A stretch of DNA of 64,000 bases from Azolla caroliniana (Eukaryota > Plantae > Polypodiophyta), in assembly GCA_043228905.1 (NCBI GenBank), contig JBHGNT010000008.1:16740001-16804000 (forward strand), given 5' to 3'. Shown piece by piece: positions 26,563 to 41,500 of the stretch. The notes under the pieces were generated by a model that ran no database searches, was not told the DNA's origin, and was given only the letters and a program-made list of their open reading frames with translations. The position numbers and the translations under genes were made by a program. Within the stretch, counting starts at the first letter, position 1. The number at the start of each line of letters is the position of its first letter.

Positions 26563-29500
26563 CATGTCTGTCAATACCATCAATATATGCAAAATGGATA
26601 TAAATAATCGACTTTTGTGTAGATTCCATGGACATAGTTATCCATTCATATATCATTAAGCCAATTCCAGATTCCCCCATTATGAAAACTCCTTTTTCTT
26701 TACGAGGTGGCTAATCATACCCAAGAACTTTGCATTGTGGGTAATTTATAAACCCAGTCCAGAAAGAACATGGGGGAATTGTACAGGGGACAATGCCCTG
26801 GTCCTTGGCATAAACCACATGCTTCAATGCAAAATATTTACAAATTCCAATCCACAACAAGGGAGAATTGTGCAGGAGACAATTTCCTCACCCTTGGCAT
26901 AATCCACATGCTTCAATACAAACATTGACAGACTTTTATCTAGGTTGGTCTATACCTCAAGTCCATATACAACTAGCTGTTAGCCAAATCCAAGCTGTTT
27001 GCACAACCCATATCACAATGATATGCTCCAGCTCCTCCCATAAGGCTTTGATAAGCAAGTGTTCAAAATTGCAATCTTGATTATCGTCAATATGGCCCAC
27101 TTTATTGCACCAACTTGATCATCATATTGTACATGATGGATGTTAATTAACATTGTAAATGAACAATCATCATTACTATGTTGATGCTGGAAGAGTGAAG
27201 GAATAAAAAATCCATCATTATGGCATGGTTAGACAGGTTGTTTAACCATTCTGTGTATGATGACCCCAATTGTTGTCATTTCAAGATTCAAAACTAGTAA
27301 CTTGGGTAACTGGGCTATCAGAATACAATCTAAACTTAAGAAATATATATATGAAAAGGTTTACCTAGGACGCATACGATGGCTCCCACGAGTATGGCAC
27401 CTTTTCCGTAGCAGAGATTTGAAACAATACATGCGAAGCTCACAATTCCGCAATCGCTGCACATATATTGATTTGTCAACATGACATATAGTGAAGGAAA
27501 AGAATGTGGTATGGTGTCACGAAAAGGAAACTTATATGTGATAGTTTGCCCCTTGATTCTATACAATTCAATGACATACTTGTTCATAAGAAAACACAAT
27601 ATCTTTGATTGAATCGATATTTTGAAAATTACCTACAAGAACTATCTTGGCTATTAAGTATCGATAAACGGCCTCCAAATAAACTTCCCACGATGGAAAA
27701 GAAGGCCCCAAATGAACTCCCAAACATTCCTTTGCCAAGACCTAGGATCCTTTGTATTCCACCCTTCAATAAACTTTTAAGTTTGAAGATCATATTTCCA
27801 AGGAACCCTCTTTCTTCAAATTCTGGATCTGTGTCTTGCTTTCCAAACTGCATTCAAATCGTTCAGTATAAACACGTATATATAGATATTGATTTTGAGA
27901 GCATCTCCTTATGCAAAGCAGTGTCAAAACTAACTGAATTGTCACAATATTATTGGCTATATGAATCAGGTTGTCTCCTTAACTTAGAAAATAATCCCAA
28001 AAGGCAATTTTATAGGTTTACAATGATGATCAATATAGCAGGGTTGCATGCATGGCAAAATGTGTATCCTTACTAGTGTTGTGAGAAACATGCCCCCAGG
28101 AATTAAGGAACAATTCCAATATGATTTTGCTTCATCTTTTACACAGTGAACTCTCGTATCATCTGGGATATCTGAGTGCCGCCCTGTAGGGACATAGGAG
28201 AAGGTGTGAAACCTTATCAACCACGCCCTTGAGGACATTTAAATGATGATTGGGTAAACGGGATTTGAAATCAGGACCCATGAATTGACAGATTACACAT
28301 TACACATCTGCCCATGTTTTTTATGAAATAAGAGGAAGATTACATTGCCTCTTTAAGCAAGGCTTTGGCTCACCACCTCAGGTTATGGAATATGAGGAAC
28401 AATGGTGCTTGGGGATTTTCTTGCAGAACTCAAGAGACACAGGAAAACGTTGTTGAAGGACAACAGTACAGCCACACAAGCTCATCAACCAAGAACAATC
28501 ACAACTTTCTTTAGCCCCATTGCTCCTCATGCTACAAGTCAATTAAGGGCTACACAAATGGGCTCCCGACCAGGACATAATAAAGGGATGTAATCTCTTG
28601 TCAGAATAATGAGACAACACTTGGGATGTAATCTCTTGTTTGTTCTTATAATCCATTTTGCTCTTTTGGCCCGCTATGCAAGGTAATGGAATATGAGGAC
28701 CAACGATGCCTAGGAGTTTTCTTACTAGAGCTCAAGAGACATCAGGAAAAGTTGTTAAAGAATACAGCCACACAAGGTCATTCACAAAGAACAATCAAAA
28801 CTTTCTTTAGCCCCATCACTCCTATTGATGCTACAAGTCAATCAAGGGATACACAAATGGGCTCCCGACCAGGACATAACAAAGGGGATACAATTGATCG
28901 GGCAATAGCAATTTGCCGTACATGTAGGCCCAGACCCCATGGACCATGACCTCGACACCCTTGTTATCGACAGATAAAAGCCATTATCTCCCACCATCGC
29001 AGGTGTTTACCTCGCTTCGGAGACATTTCCATTCTGGACCGACCTATGCTAGAGATCTTTCGAAGACAAAAGATACAATATATCTAACTTGAGAATCTGA
29101 CATGTGCAGAAAACCAGATTCCCTCATCTCTTTTTATCTTATATACTTTTATATTTACAGAGTATTACTTACTTATTTTTTTGATTTGTTGTTCTCAAAG
29201 ACGAGACAACACTTAAGATGTAATCTCTTGTTTGGTCTTATAGGCCATTTTGGCCTCTTAAAAGACGTTATATCTTTCTTTCTTTCTTTAGCCCCACCAC
29301 TTGTACTCATGCTACAAGACAATCAAGGGCTCCTGACCACGCCATTGCAAAGGGGTTATAATATATCAGGCAATAGCAATTTATGACGCACATAGGCCCT
29401 GACCTCGTGGATCCTAATCTCACGACCCTTGTATCGAAAGATAAAGCCATTACCTCCAGCCATCATAGGTGCTTCCATTGCTTTGGATATCTCTCCATTT

Positions 29501-32500
29501 TGGATCGACCTATGCAAGAGATCTTTTGACTTCAAAATCTAGATCTACAGTCTTACAGATAGTGGGATTCTTTAGTCACTTCTATTTTTATTTACTTATT
29601 TGCTTAGATACATTTATTTTGGTTTGTTGTTTGGTCATCTAGGCCTATTTGGCTTCTTAAAAGACATCAATATATCTTTCTCTTTTGACCTGTGCTAGAG
29701 ATATTTAGAAGATAAAAGTTACAATATATCTGATTTGAGATTCTTACATGTGCAGATAACAAGATTCTTTAGTCTCTTTTTATCTTATTTACTTTTATGG
29801 TTACTTTGTAAAATTTATTTCATTTTGATTTGTTATTCTCAAAGATGAGAGGATACTTAAGATGTAATCTCTTGTTTGGTCTAATGGGCCATTTTGGCCT
29901 CTTAAAAGATTTAATATATCTTTCTTTCTTTTGTTCAGCCCTTCCCCCAATGTATTGCATTAGAATCATACAATTACCATGCTAGAATTAAAAAAATATA
30001 AGTTTATTATTACACTTGATCATATAGTAACCAATAATCAATGTACTAAGTGAAAATGGTACCCTTGAGACATTGATATACATTGTTGCTGTGACAGAAA
30101 CCATTGTAGAAGCTCGATCTACAATTTCACCTCCAGAGTCCCTTAATCTAGCTAAAAGAAAATCTAGATGTTACTAATGCCCGATATATTAAAAAAACAT
30201 TATCTTCAGATAACCTACCGATACACTCAACTGTTGCTGATTTGTCATTTGTTGTCACCAATGAGAAGTTCATGGTTTTTGGATTATTTGGATGCAAAGT
30301 AATAATCATTTCCTACAATCAGTAACAGAAATAATTCTTAAACCGAATTGGGTTATAATAGCTAAATTGTCTAAAACTTCATCCAAATTTCAAAAGAAAT
30401 ACAATCTAAATTGGATTTGTAAGACTTGGAACATTATAAGACTTGAAACTTATACTGTGGAACAATGGCTCACACATTGGAAGGGCGAAAATTTGTGAGG
30501 ATTGGATAATGGGGTGACAGAAGATACAGCCAAAATATAGAGGTTTTCTATATGGTTATAAAGGTACTATAGTTTGTGACAATGGTTTTTGAATTATTTG
30601 GTTGTAAGGTAAAAATAATTTCCTACAATCAATAATAGTAATAATTCTTAAACTGAATCGGTTTTATAATAGCTAAATTTGCTAAAACTTCATCCCAAAC
30701 TAAAAACCCAATACAAACAGATCTTGAACATTCTGAGATTCATAACTCATACTGTGGAATAAAGGCTCACAATGAAAGGGCAAAAATTTGTGAGGATTTG
30801 GATTATAGGGTGAATGAACATTTAATCAAAATATAGAGATTTTGTATATGGGATAAATGTACTATAGTGGGCGAATCAACTCTTCCATGAGAATAAATCT
30901 TTGACATAAGTTTCCAAACATATAGTTTTGAAATGCATTTGGTTGCTTGATATTTTCCCAATAACTTACAGTGTGATGCCATGTTTTTCTATTGGATCAG
31001 ATTTTGGGCACTATGAATTGTATGGCGACCTCAAAACCTTTTGGTATTTGAACAACCGCCAATTGTTGACTTTTCAATTTTTTAAAAGTTTTCTTTGAGA
31101 AAATCTCTTTATGGTTGTCTACAATTGGTAAATATCCCCAACAGATATTTAAGCTTTATTTTGAATCTTTTTGAGAGAACTGATATTTTGTATGTATAGT
31201 TTATTGAGAACTGCTTTTTTGTTTTCATCCCAATTTGAGGTTTCTCACCAGTAATGTATGTATTGACAAAAAAAGAACTCAAAATACTATATGATTGTGC
31301 CTATGTTCAAGTTAAGAGACCCCTTGAGGATCAGCAATCACACTAATCATGACTTGGACACTCATCCGTTTTTGAAAGTGAGTTGAGGGCAGGTGAGCAG
31401 AGCGTGAGGATCCTTACAGCTGAAAGAAAATTCAAAGAAAGATATAATAATATCTTTTAAGAGGACAAATTGGGCCAAACAAGAGATTACATCTTAAGTG
31501 TTGTCTCGTCTTTGAGAACACCAAACAAAAATAAATGCTACTCAGTAAATAAGATAAAGAATCTTGTTATGGTGCATGTAAGATTCTCAAGATATATTGT
31601 AATTTTTGTCGTCGAAAGATCTCTGGCATACGTTGATCCAGAATAGAGTGGTCTCCGAAGCGAGGGAAGCACACGTAATGGTGGGAAATAATGGCCTTTA
31701 TCTATTGATGACTAGAGTGGTTAGATTGTGGTCCATGAAGCCAGAGAATCCATGCAATGAAAATTGCTATTGCCCGATCTATTGCAACCCTTTGTAATGT
31801 CCTGGTCGGGAGCCCAAGTGTGTGGCCCTTGATTGATGTAGCATGAGTACGAGTGACGGGGTTAAAGAAAGTTGTGATTGTTGTTTGTAAATGAGCTTGT
31901 GTGGCTGTACTGTTGTCCTTCAACAACTTACTCCCCGTGTCTATTGAGTTCTAGCAAGAAAAGCCCCAAGCACCTATGGTTTTCATATTCCATTACCTTG
32001 CATAGTGGGCCAACGCGTTGCTTAAAGAGGCAATGGTATCTCCCTCTTATTACAGCAACAAACATATTGTGCTTCACATTATTCCACTTCCTGATGACAC
32101 AATTGGGACATTCTCGACTTATAGGAAGACAAGATTCAGGGTTTAGGGTTGAGGATAGATTTATATATGCCCCACAGGACAGATCAGCATCTCATCACAT
32201 TAGTCGGACATAGACATAGATAGGTACGGGAGTGTGTACCTCAAGGCAGAGGATATGTCAGCACTACATCCCTCATTACTACAGCCTGTTTACTGGGGGA
32301 TTTCCTGCTTCTTAAAAGGCCTGTGACAAGAGACCTTGGATCAAGCACAACCATCACCTCATAGAAGAAGCTTAATTGAACGTGCAGTTCATTTGGCTCG
32401 GTTCAAATGCCTGAGGATAAACGGATCATCACATAGAAAATGTTACCTGCATTGGAGGATGCATTGTATCATTGCCCAAGATCAAGAAAGATCCCCAATG

Positions 32501-35500
32501 CAGTTCACTACTGAGCAAATTGATGGAAATTGAGAACTATCCTGGAAACTGTTCATGGGCTGATTTATTGATGTTCTACCTTTCCTAAAAATGCATTTAT
32601 CTTGTATGTTGTATCCTCCGGATTACTTTCGCCTATAGTTTCTACAGCATTATACTTTGGTCATAGACTAGTTACATAAGATAGTTACCTACTTTCGGTA
32701 CAAGAACAAACGTGAGATTACATCTGAAACACTTGTCACGACTTTGAGAGCAACAAACCAAAATAAATGTAAGTAAAAAAAAAAAAAGAAGCAAGTGAAT
32801 TTGTGACTTTTCTCTGGCTGTTGGCTTGGTTTTTAAACAGCATAGCATTAAAACTCATAGACCATATTTTGGTTTCCTGTGTATTTATGTTTCTATTTCA
32901 CAGACACAAGGATTGCATGTTATTTGACAAAGATTATACTTCATATTTATAGGGGTGTGGTATGTTAATATTTGAATTCTAGCTGAAAAACAATTATTAC
33001 ACATGAATGATGTAAATTTCTTACCGGTGAACTCTTTATTCCGGACGAGCAATTCATCTGCAAAATCATTGTCAAGGATATAGTCACAATCTCATATCTA
33101 TCAAAAATGAGAATTTTTTCGGTTCATCTTAGGACAAAGGTATATTGATCTTAGCACGGTAAGCACACCAAAAATAAAGGAATATATAGTCAGATTTCAT
33201 GCATATGCACATGAATTGATTTGATACACCCACTGAAGACAAGAAACCACTAGAAATGAAAACTTTTGCCAGGTGGATATGCCAATAATATGCCTTTTAA
33301 ATTATACCCTCCAAATTTTTAGCATTACTGTAAGGAAATGATATTGTTTTCAACCCTCACACTGACAATGATCTTTTTGAGAGCATATAATTAGAGCATA
33401 TAATTAGTGCACCCATTATTGGAGAATTGAATCCAATTTTACGGTTTTTCAAGCAGAAGCTTTACCATTATGTCATCATAATTGAAGTCTGAAAGTCCAC
33501 TCATGTCAATTGTCTGGTGTGACCCTTACTCTATAGAAAATAATCTATTAATCAATAGGGATGTTTAAAGTCTCTAATAGGATGCATTGAGGCAATGCTT
33601 TCGCACTGTGCTCTTTTGAGGTTACACACTATGCTTACAACGTTTTATGTTCAGCCCCCATATGTACTATTAACCATCCGATTAATGGGCAATGAATGAA
33701 AGTTTAAGACTATCCATACTTTATTTATATGATTACAATATTATCTTTAGAAGATACGATGTAAAATTACTTTAGTTTAACAATGCAAATACATATAACG
33801 CCTTTTTCAATTAAAGATACAAAAATCTACATTCAATTCACTAAAACTACTGCAATAGTTCTCACATGAAGTTATTGATATGCTTAAATGGGGCATTCAA
33901 TAAATTATTAGAATGGAACACATACTTTATAGAGGTTTTATTCTATGTATATTCAAAACCCATTAGAGATGTATATTCTCTTCTTCCTTACAAGGCGTTG
34001 GCCAAACAATGTTGCTTTTTTAAGTGTACAAGCACATAATGCATGGTATGCAAACATTAATTGTGTATGCAATAATGAACAATGATTGTTTTAATCATTG
34101 ATACCTGTTTGAAAAACTATAATTTGCACCTAAGCAAATATATATCATCATCAAATACTTACAGCAAGAAAATATCCAGCTACAAGCTCTCCAATATTAG
34201 AAACAACAACTCTAGCCAATCCATCACGTGATAATGCTTCAAACTTTGGCACTTTAACCGATAAGATTTTCCCTGGACTCCTAAAGTAAATTAAAAATTA
34301 CACACTTAATGTTAATTTTCCTTAATGATGAAGGTCTTAATGATAAATAATAATTTAACTGATGTAATTATATCTTGTTTTCTACCCTTTTCATATAATA
34401 TCTGTAGTACATGGCCATACACATAAAAAAGAGTACATGTAATATATAACATCTGATGCAATGTGAAGAAAAACACTTAAAGAAGTCCAATGCTCATTTA
34501 GGCTTACATACTTTTCTAATCATTTACTCATATTTCCGTTAATTCCATGAAGATATTCTTATGTTTAGGCCATAAAAAAAATGAAATACTGTTTTTTGCG
34601 AAGATTCATCACATGAAAACAGTAATTTATGCCACTTAACATAGACTGACCTGTTTATGACAAATTTCACATTATCTGCATTTAGTTCCAATGTGATAAT
34701 TGACTTTGTAACCATTTGTAAGGGTAGGAGAAACCGATTGCTGGCACGTTCCTATGTCCATTGTTCAAATGGCACTCCTAATTAATACCAATGATAAATT
34801 AATGCTTTCCCAAAATTTTAGCATATGCTCTTCACTTTTTAAGACAAATACAAATCCATTTCATATGGTAAGCATTTCATTTCAAATCCATTGATCGTTT
34901 GTACACATTTCTATTTTGTGATTTATTCTATAAAACAAACAATATGATTGCATTTGCAGATTTTATAAAAAAACTTCATGAATTATTTGAATCAGAGTAG
35001 ATATTGACAAGCATTGACTACATTATTGCACCTTATGTTTCTGTTCAATTTTGTAAAGCTAGATAGTTCTTTAGGAGAAAGTTATGAGAGTGCATGGTCA
35101 CTCAAACTTTTAGAGCAAACAATTTCTTCATACCCATTTGATGAATTTCTGGACTTCTCTATATTGACTACCAAGCTCCTATTGTAATGACATCTTAACA
35201 TAACCCCTTTGTAATGTCCTGGTTGAGATCCCACTTTTGTAGCCCTGGACTAACTTGTAGCATGAGTAGGTGTGATGGAGGTAAAGGAAGTTGTGATTGT
35301 TCTTTGTTGATGAGCTTGTGTGGTTATATGGTTTTCATTTAACAACTTCTCCCTATGCTCTTGAGTTCTACCAAGATTTATATCAAGCATCTTTGGTCCT
35401 CAAATTCCATTACCTTGAATAATGGGCCAATGCATTTTTTAAAGATGGAATGATAGCTCCATCTTATTTCATAAAAAAACAGTATAGTGGCAAACATAGT

Positions 35501-38500
35501 GTTCTACAGATTCCAGTCCTCAATGGCACAATTGGCAATTCTTTCTTCTAAAGGTATGCATGCGCATCTTCCTACCTCAATCTCCAAATGATATGAAGAG
35601 ATACTTAGGTGTCCGAGCACACTGCAAGAGTGCAGGTGATATATGTACATCCATCTAAGTCTATCCTCTGATGTGGTTAAAAAGTGTACCTTACAGTGGG
35701 CCATCTTCCTACCAATAGACAGTGGGGCTGATCCATGTTTCATTATCCAATTTGATAATATCAGTTCAGATGATCTATTGCTATTTTACTTATACTAAAT
35801 TCATCACCATATTTCCAACCAGGAAAATGTTTTCCTTTTGAAAGTTATAGGATGCGGAGATCGTTTCTTAAGTGCACTGTCATACAGTCTTTAGATGTGT
35901 ACTTCCATATTTGATACCAATATATACTGTCAGTAATATGCCTATATGATACAAAACCATGTTTCATGGGATGCAAACACATGTATAAGAAACACGTATT
36001 GTATTCAACATCATTTCTGCAAGCAACATAGTAGAAGAAAGAAAGATATATTAACATCTGTTAAGAGGCCAAAATGGCCTATAAGACCAAACAAGAGATT
36101 ACATCTAAGTGTTCTCTCCTCTTTGAGAACAACAAATCAAAATAGAATAAGTAGTACTCAGTAAATATAAAAGTCAATAAGATAAAAACAAACGACGGAA
36201 TCTGGTTTTCGGCACATGTGAGATTCTCAAGTTAGACATATTGTAACTTTTATCTTCGAAAGATCTCTAGCATAGGTCAATCCAGAATGGAAATGTCTCC
36301 GAAGTGAGGGAAGCACCTGCGCTACAATGGTGGGAGATAATGTCATCTGTTGATGACAAGGGTGTTATGGTCGTGGTCCATGGGGCCGGGTCCTACATGC
36401 ACGACAAATTTCTATTGCCCGATCTATTGTAACCCCTTTGTTCTGTCCTGGTCAGGAGCCTATTTGTGTATCCCTTGATTGACTCGTAGCATTAGGAGTG
36501 ATGGGACTAAAGAAAGTTGTGATTGTCCTTTGTGGATGAGCTTGTGTGGCTGTATTATTTTTGTCCCTATGTCTCTTGAGTTCTAGCAAGAAAAGTCCTA
36601 GGCACCATTGGTCCTCATAATCCATTACCTTGCGTACAGGCCAAAGCCTTGTTTAAAGAGGCAATGATATCTCCCTTTGATTTCATAAAACACACTACAA
36701 TGACAAACATAGTGTTCTTCGGATTCCACTCCTTGATGACACAATTGGTAAATTCTTTCCTCTAGAGGTATTCGTGTATATCTACCTACCTCAATCTCTA
36801 GCTGATGTGATGAAGTTCGCAGCTGACCTATCACACTGCGCAGTGCATAGGATAGATGTATGTCCTTATAAGGTGGCCTGATGATGAATCCATCCTCTGA
36901 TGTGTGTAAGAAGTGTGTCTTGTAGTGGGCCATCTTTGTACCAAGTGAAAATTTGGAGACAAAATGCAACCACTTAAGACTTGAACCCAGAACTTTATCA
37001 TTGCACTAATAAGGCTTTACTGGCTTGAATTTTAAAATTGCAATATAAGGACCTCATGAATTTATAACAAATAGTTTATGTTGATTTATAAATGCAATGC
37101 TCCCACTTTGTGCTTTAGCATGTAATGTCTTGTTCAATAGATATGAAACTAAAATTCTTATGTTTTTGTTTCTAAGAATTCTTAAATATCCTTGTAACCA
37201 CATCAGTAAATCTTTGTACAAAACATATTCTAATGTATCAAAATCATGACAAAATCAAAGCTCATGTTTCTCAGGAAATTTGAAAACAAGGTATGGAGAA
37301 TTTACCTCCGCATAATTGAACTCTCCATATTGCGTCATTCCATATCGAGGTCTCATCCCCTTCAGTATCCGTGCACTATCTTCCTAAGTAATACCAAATG
37401 AATAGAGCATTATGAGTATTTTTTCCAATGCTAGAAATTTAGTAAGTTCTTATTTACTTTATAACACACGCTGTTGTGAAGTATTTACTTCACAAATAAA
37501 AATTCTAATGAAATGAAAAACAATGTTTGACTTGAAGATGGTTTAGCTCTATAGGATCAAAGGTTCAAAGCTCCAATGTATGGAACAAGCATTGGATATG
37601 AATGTGCATAATGCATCCAGAGGGGGAGAGGAGGTTGAAATCAACAAGGGGGGTTTCAAGAAGAGCTATAATATCTAATAATGTAAGCTGTACTTGAGGG
37701 TTTGAATATTTAGGTTTCGGGTTCTACTACCTATATCGTACATACATATTAATAATCTAAGCAATCCATTGACTTCCGATACTACCTATCTATCCATCTC
37801 TATATCTTCCTTTCCCACTCCAATTCTTCTCAATCTATCGATTTCATTTTCCTCTTGTTTGTTGTGTCTCTCTTTGCTCATAATCCCAGCAGTTCTGATA
37901 CGCTGATCATGAACTTTACAACAACGTTTTGTGTTTTACCACACCATACTCTATCACAATGAATGGTCACAATGCATAAGTTGTGATACAATTTCAACTA
38001 TAAATTCTCAGATTCCTAAATATCAGTGAAAGTGAGGCAGAAAGAAAGTTTTAAAGCATGTTTTTTCAGGCAAATACTTCACACCATGGTCCTTAGTTTC
38101 ATATATTTTGAATCACTATTCTGAAGAAATTTCAAGGAAAGAGCACCAATAAATACTAACTGCAATTCACAGTATTTTCATAAAACAAATAAATACTTAC
38201 TTTCCTTTTGCAAAAAAGAGAAATATAATACCTTTATCTAAATTCCACTATAAGGACAAGAGAATTAGAAAACTAGTACATGGTATCGGGTTTACAGCAA
38301 CATGATCACCATACGCGGGATCATGCCCAACACTCACGCTCACATGCAAGCCTATACATGATTTTATTCACAGGTTGACTAGTCTTTTGGACATAAACAT
38401 CACTTAGAATCACTGTGGTCTAATTTTGAAGAAGACACGCAAGATTACAAGAAACACCAAAGGCTGAACAAGAAAAGTGCAGTACTCCATGTTCTAAACA

Positions 38501-41500
38501 ACACTGTAATACACTAGCTCTGAAAAGAGGTGCAACCAGACAACTGTCCTTACAATTGGATCAGCTCATAGAAGACCATCACAATGGCGATGAGACCCTA
38601 ACAAAGATTCCAATTTGTTTATGTTAGCTCAACACAGCAAGTAACAAAAGAAAAAATGGTTTGCAAGCTAGTTTCAGAAGACTAAATGACTTGAATGTAT
38701 GTAATCATGAGAGAAACTAAAACTCCCCAACGAAAGAAAGAACGAAAGATATATTAACGTCTTTTAAGAGGCCAAAATGGCCTATAAGACCAAACAAGAG
38801 ATTACATCTTAAGTGTTGTCTCATCTTTGAGAAGATGAGACAATAAAATAAAATATTACTCAGTAAATATAAGAATTCTGAGGGAGAATCACTAGATAAA
38901 TGAAGAAGGATATATTAATAAAACCTATGAAGACACCAAAATGGAAAGATGTACCTCGATATAATCTTGAAGTTGGAATCTCAAGCAATTGTTAAACGGT
39001 TGTGTACATCGTGCTACTTGATGGAAAAAGGCATAATAAGATGTCCCAATGAGGTCACAAACAGCTCCATCAAATGAGTATTTATATTTGTCAATCAGAA
39101 GCCATTCTGAACGATTAAAAGCTGCCTGCGTTTTTCCACACAACCAAAATTAACAAAGTTTTTATTTTCTCATGTGATAATATATATATTGAATGAGCAA
39201 AAATTTGCAAATGCCTTCATAGTTTTTCTTTGAAGACTTAGCACCTCCTTTTGTGAAACAAAATGTACAGTGCATAATATAATACCTTCGATAAAGATAA
39301 GCAACAGAAAGCCTTACATTTTTGGGTGGCCTTGATAAATATACACTTGGAAATTCTGGGATTTGAGAATAGGACAAAAGATCACCATGAAGCCTTGCAA
39401 TGACACTCTTATCTGGTGTTGATGTAGCAAGAAATCCAGGGCTTAAAGTGAGCTTGGACTGCATAACATCAAAATATTACTCACAATTTGTATTTGAATT
39501 ATTAACTAGTTTCGTTACACAATCAGTTCATGATATAGTTGGAGCATAAACATTTTTAATATATTTGAAGTATTCATCAAAAGAGCTTAAAATCACCATA
39601 AAGCTAGTGAAGTTTTGTATCTTTGTACATATTCAATCCTTTTGCAATGAATTTTCATATTTCTTAACACTAACAAAAGCTTTTTATGTATGTACATATC
39701 CAATCCTTTTGGTTGGAAGTTTTTATATTACTTGGATGCTGAAGAAATGTAAACACAAATTCCCAGGTTACAAGTGGTTTTTAACAAGGATTATGACCCT
39801 TTATGACCCATGAGTTCATGATCTTCCAAAATAATGTAATCAAAGGTTTCAATAATATTCTGGATAATTACATGGAAGCAAGAATGTAAAAAACAAGTTG
39901 GTGATGTTCGAGGGAAAATCTACCGAGGTTTATGGTTCTAGTTGAAAACCTCATTTTCAAAAGGTACAAGTTCCCATCCCACAGAATATTTTATTGTTCT
40001 TGGCATCCTATGTATTTCGATGTGCATACTGAAATTGGTTTTAGACATAGTCAACAGTGTATTTGGATGGATTCCAGACATATTTGAACGCATTTTGGAA
40101 TGAGTTCTACCCATAGTTCAGGAATTTGAATGGGTTGTACAAATGCAAGGGGCTGTCAAACGTAATGTGACAATATTAGAAAGAAAGAAATATATATATA
40201 TTAACGTCTTTTACGAGGCCAAAATGGCCTATAAGACCAAACAAGAGGTTACACCTTAAGTGTTGTCTCGTCTTTGAGAACAAATCAACAAATCAAAATA
40301 AAATAAATATTACTCCATAAATATAAAAGTAAATAAGATAAAAAAAGACGAGGGAAACTGGTTTTTGGCACATGTGAGATTCTCAAGTTAGATGTATTGT
40401 AACTTTTGTCTTCGAAAGATCTCTAGCATAGGTCGATCCAGAATGGAAAGGTCTCTGAAGCAAGGGAAGCACCTGCAATGGAGAGAGAATTAAATAACAA
40501 GTGAAAGAGAGGGAGAATCTGCAAAGTCGTTTTCAGAAGAAAATCGTTTCTCTAAAGGCTCTTGAAATATTGCAGTCCAAATGACTGCTACAAAAGCCTC
40601 ATGAAATTCCATTATAGATATAATTTCAGCTCCCCTGCTAATTTCCACTATGAAATTTTCTCATTGGGTGGCCCTGTCTTTGTTGAACCCTTATGTGGAT
40701 ACCTTCCATACTAGCCATAAAAGTCCCTCAAACATGGTTACTTTCTTGAATCATCACAATTTTCTTACACTAACAGATCTTCATGATCAATGGTGTTCAG
40801 ATTTTTTTGCATCAGTTTCTTCAGGATGACCACTTGACTTTCTCTCCCGAAGTGATCATATAGTTTAGACTCACTTCTTAGCAATCATGCATTTGTCAGG
40901 CTATGGTTTGATCCTATTGATCTTTCACCACCTGGTTGAACATTCCTTTACATGAGCTGAAGGATCCACATTTGACTTCATTTCACTAATCACTATCCAA
41001 TTTAACTAAATTTCTCTTTCTTTGATCTTCCTCATATTGACAAAAGGAAGAAAAAAAATTCTTTTCTACCTTCACCCGAAATTCCATTTAACTATAGTAT
41101 CTTATATGAAGACATCTCCATAGCTTTATGACCTTGCTTCCCTCACTATTCTCTTTCAGATCTTCCTCGAAAGCATCTCCCTTCTTATGTGACTGTTTGC
41201 ATTGGTATGGTAAGCCGATGAATCCTAAAACCTATGATCTTATGTACTCGTTGTCTTGTAAACATTAATGGCTTTGTCTTAATACATGCATTTTGTCTTG
41301 GTAAAAAAGATGTATATTATATAAGTCTTTACCAGCAATTTATCATACCCAATGAACACTTCTATTGTTATTGTGAACTCCATCTGCCCCTCACTTATTG
41401 CATATGTTGGAAACCTAGAAATCACCAATAAGTAACAATGGTAATATCAATACCTAGTCCACGATATCTAGAGAAGAGATAGATGAAATGCCATTTCATA

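Noticed and set aside
37560-37925. Possible degenerate PPT + LTR remnant in a HAP2 intron
   Set aside because: A purine tract and ...TTTACAACA end are suggestive, but there is no clean TG start or TSD.
39225-39257. Possible extra 33-nt HAP2 micro-exon (EVLSLQRKTMK)
   Set aside because: Needs a weak non-consensus GC donor and the model is already in frame without it; RNA data would be needed.
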